A stretch of 64,000 nt of DNA. Source: Stylophora pistillata. Taxonomy: Eukaryota. The position numbers and the translations under genes are program-made. Shown here piece by piece: positions 61,138 through 64,000 of the stretch. Location: NCBI RefSeq assembly GCF_002571385.2, contig NW_019218004.1, forward strand, positions 347,241 to 411,240, given 5' to 3'. The notes under the pieces are model-generated. The model saw nothing but the letters and a program-made list of their open reading frames with translations, was not told the DNA's origin and did not search any database. The first letter of the stretch is position 1. Each line of letters begins with the position of its first letter.

Positions 61138-61244
61138 CCAGCTCGAGAAATGTGAACCTGTTAAACAGTTGTGGGATGAAGGCAGGCCACTTGAAGCCCA
61201 CCACTTCAAGTAAAGCAAACATCCTCTGTTGAGATCATTTTCCA

Positions 61245-63762
61245 TCAGTTCCCTTTCTGTGTAACCATGGCAACAAATTCTGCAAGTGAAAAATCGTTTT
61301 TAGTAAAGATAGATTTGTTTATTTCTCGTAGACGAAACGATTCGCAATAGGCCACCGTAATGATTACAAAAGCTGACGTTTCGAGCGTTAGCCCTTCGTC
61401 GGAGCGAATAGAGGAATTGTGGGTTGTGTGTGCTTTCAAAGGCAGAAAATGGAGCAACGTTATTGGTGGGAACATGGCAACGAGAAAAATTTATTCTTGT
61501 TTTTCTCGTTGCCATGTTCCCACCAATAACGTAGCTCCATTTTCTGCCTTTAAAAGCACACACAACCCGCAATTCCTCTATTCGCTCCGACGAAGGGCTA
61601 ACGCTCGAAACGTCATCTTTTGTAATCGTTACGGCGGCCAATTTACCATTTCAACTTTGTTGATATATCCAAATTATTTCGTTACTCCCACCGACGCAGC
61701 CCCAAACAGTTTCTTTCGAAACTATCAGCCTTTATGATTCGCAATAGGGTTAGTTTACAGGTTTTCGAAATATAAAATATTTTAATCGTCCGTGCCGTAA
61801 ACTGCTAATACAAGAGCAATATTTAATAATGAAAGGGAATAATTATATGAATCCTCTAGGGTACCAATCGACTCCAAATTGTTATCACAAAGATCCCCTG
61901 AGAAACGCAGATAAAAATAAGCAAACTGGCTGAAACGCGGAAAAAAGCAAGGGACGAAGTCCCAATGTTTTAGTGTTGTATCTGATTGTTTGAGAGAATG
62001 GTACAAATCTCATGGACCAATCACGGAGTAGGGTGCAGCAAGAGCAAGCAAACCCGGTTTACATTCAAGATAAAGTTGAAAATTGCGTTAAAAGCGCGGA
62101 GAGTTAATGAATAAAGAGGGGCCTGGGAAAGAGGTTAACTGAAAGCTCGGCTCCAGTCCTGCACTCAGTCAAGTACCTTTGTAACTGACTTTTCCATCGC
62201 TGTCCGTATCAGCCTCCTTGATCATGTCATCGATTTCTTTCTTTGAGTAGGTTTTGCCACCAAACGTTTTCATCACCAGTCCCAGTTCGTCACTAGTTAT
62301 GAAACCATCTTCATTTGTATCAAACTTCTTGAAGTAGTACTTGAGGTCATCACCCGTCATCGGTTCTCCAATTTGGCTGGCCATCATGTCTTCAAACTCA
62401 CTATATTCTACTTTACCATTGCCTAGAAGAGAAATGGAAAACAAGATTAAACCGTCACAGAAGGACCGCTGACCGCTAACATAACTTGTAATGGCGCGGT
62501 ATCGAACACGTAAAATCCACCTCAATACAGTTGAGGAAAGTTAACACATTACTACTGAGATCGTAATATTCTGCAATAGGACAATAGTGTTATCCCAGTT
62601 TTTACACATTTATACACGTTTCTTCCTCCTTCCTTTTTAAAATTAGGGAGAGAGCGATTTTGTACCATTGCGATCCACTGCTTTGATCATATCTTTAATA
62701 TCCTCGATTTGCATCTCCTGTCCAGCTTGCTTCATAGCTTCACCTAACTCCTCCACCGAGATATGCCCATCACCGTTTTTGTCGAACAGCTTAAAAGCTG
62801 CCGTTATTTCTAGAAAGAAAGAAAGGTCAAGTAACATTACGAAATTTGCCAGGAGAGATAGGTTATCTTAAAGAGTGTATTGTCGACCAATAGATGGGAT
62901 GGTAACACTAATTCTGGGTCGAGTCACCACTTAGAAGCTTTTAGCCGTATCTTTTTATCTCAGTTTACCAATATTTTTTTTTTGGGGGGGGGGGGAGATG
63001 GGGGAATAGGCATTAAAAGGTCACTTCGAATAGGTCCTTAAAAAAGAATGTCGGGTAGATCGTAGAGCATCAGGCTTCTCCTCTGACTTACCGCGGGCTC
63101 AAAATTTTAAATTGTGATTCTAAATTACTACTTTTCTTTTTACATTTCTACAAACCTCACCTTCACGCTGGGCTGCAGTCAATCGTTGAGCCTATCATTT
63201 AAAAGAAGAAAGAAAGCTTAGCATTTATTTCAGTTTTTTCACTGTCATGTTTTGTTACAGAATTTCTTTCACCAAAGCGGCTTGTAATTATAATAATCCG
63301 ACCACCTGCTAATGAAAGTATTACAATATTGTAAACGTTTTCAACAACATTAGGTGCTTCGCTCTGGAACAATATTTAGACACGGCAGCTGATAATTGAT
63401 CTATTGGAAGGAAATGATTCCACTAGCGCCTTGATGTTGCTCGTTAAATGAATTGTTCGCGTTTCGTTCAAGAAAGCCATTTGCACTTTGTTCCGTCTCC
63501 GCTGTGAGCCTGAATAAGGCTGAAATAAGGTATCAAAAGATGTACGTATTAAATTTAATGACGCAGCAAGTACTCGAGACCTCTCAGGACCACCTAGGCC
63601 TTTTTCGCATTTGATTTATACTACTTTGTTATTAAGAGGTGAAAATATCTTTAAAAAAATTGTTGTGCCAGGTTTTTCGTGTTTAAAGGTTTTAACTATG
63701 ATGTTAGTAATTTTTCTCTAGAATGCTCTCCAGAGTGCTCTAGAAATCGAAAATCTAACCAT
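61245..63762 (-). CDS. Calmodulin-like four-EF-hand protein, 152 aa, 5 coding exons
   Basis: Exons 63762-63760 (ATG only, CAAACAATG|GTTAGA; least certain), 63191-63161, 62809-62666, 62422-62177, 61279-61245. EF loops DKNGDGHISVEE, DRNGNGKVEYSE, DTNEDGFITSDE and DTDSDGKVSYKE. Confidence 0.9.
61352..61735. mobile_element. Palindromic Penelope-like pseudo-LTR insertion with two hammerhead motifs and 13-bp TSD
   Basis: ~138-bp inverted arms (61351-61489 / 61500-61639). Motifs at 61372-61405 (-) and 61584-61617 (+). GATTCGCAATAGG at 61339-61351 and 61736-61748. Confidence 0.9.
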
Positions 63763-64000
63763 TGTTTGAAAATCGTTTTCCGTGTTTCGGTTTTGAATAT
63801 TTTGAACTGATTTGCTTAAAAAAGGCAAACAGCTGAAAAATGGGTGATAATGAAGACAATTTAATTTGTTTCCCTGTGCCTTCCTAGAATACAGTATGGT
63901 ACGAACATTAATTATTAACCAAGGGCAATAACGAAAACTGTTAGTCAATATTTTCCATCCTTTTCATCTCTGGTCGGTGAAAATGTATTGTGGCCCAATA

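Noticed and set aside
61300-61737. Similar ORFs on both strands (..ADVSSVSPSSERIEEL..) as a protein family
   Set aside because: They are translations of the palindromic PLE terminal repeat and hammerhead antisense strand, not genes.
62169-62837. Calling the EF-hand gene canonical calmodulin (CALM)
   Set aside because: The sequence departs widely from the near-invariant metazoan calmodulin, so no symbol was assigned.

Overview
Eukaryotic, AT-rich, gapped scaffold from a metazoan. The repeat families and gene style suggest a cnidarian, probably a stony coral; this is inference. The left half (1-32 kb) is a gene-sparse tandem array of four single-coding-exon PRRT3/PRRT4-like 7-TM genes, separated by nested transposon debris (Kolobok-like, Academ-like, CR1/L2-group LINEs, Penelope-like elements with minimal hammerhead motifs, SINEs). 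The right half is a compact block: an orphan 165-aa ORF, a 16-exon VAC14, NDUFS6 and RP9 head-to-head with only 85 bp between start codons, and a divergent 4-EF-hand calmodulin-like gene. VAC14 has two minor-spliceosome (U12) introns, one AT-AC and one GT-AG, and the latter holds a young 2.8-kb LINE. Exon structures were read by hand, and splice phases sum to open frames (VAC14 726 aa, NDUFS6 123 aa, RP9 224 aa, CaM-like 152 aa). The most unusual observations are: (1) a TTAA/TIR DNA element carrying an endonuclease-less Penelope-like cargo; (2) several unrelated short insertions sharing an inverted-end-plus-TSD architecture, some with hammerhead motifs on both strands; (3) a duplicated splice acceptor in RP9 that would create a premature stop. 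No database searches were run, so family names rest on motif recognition.
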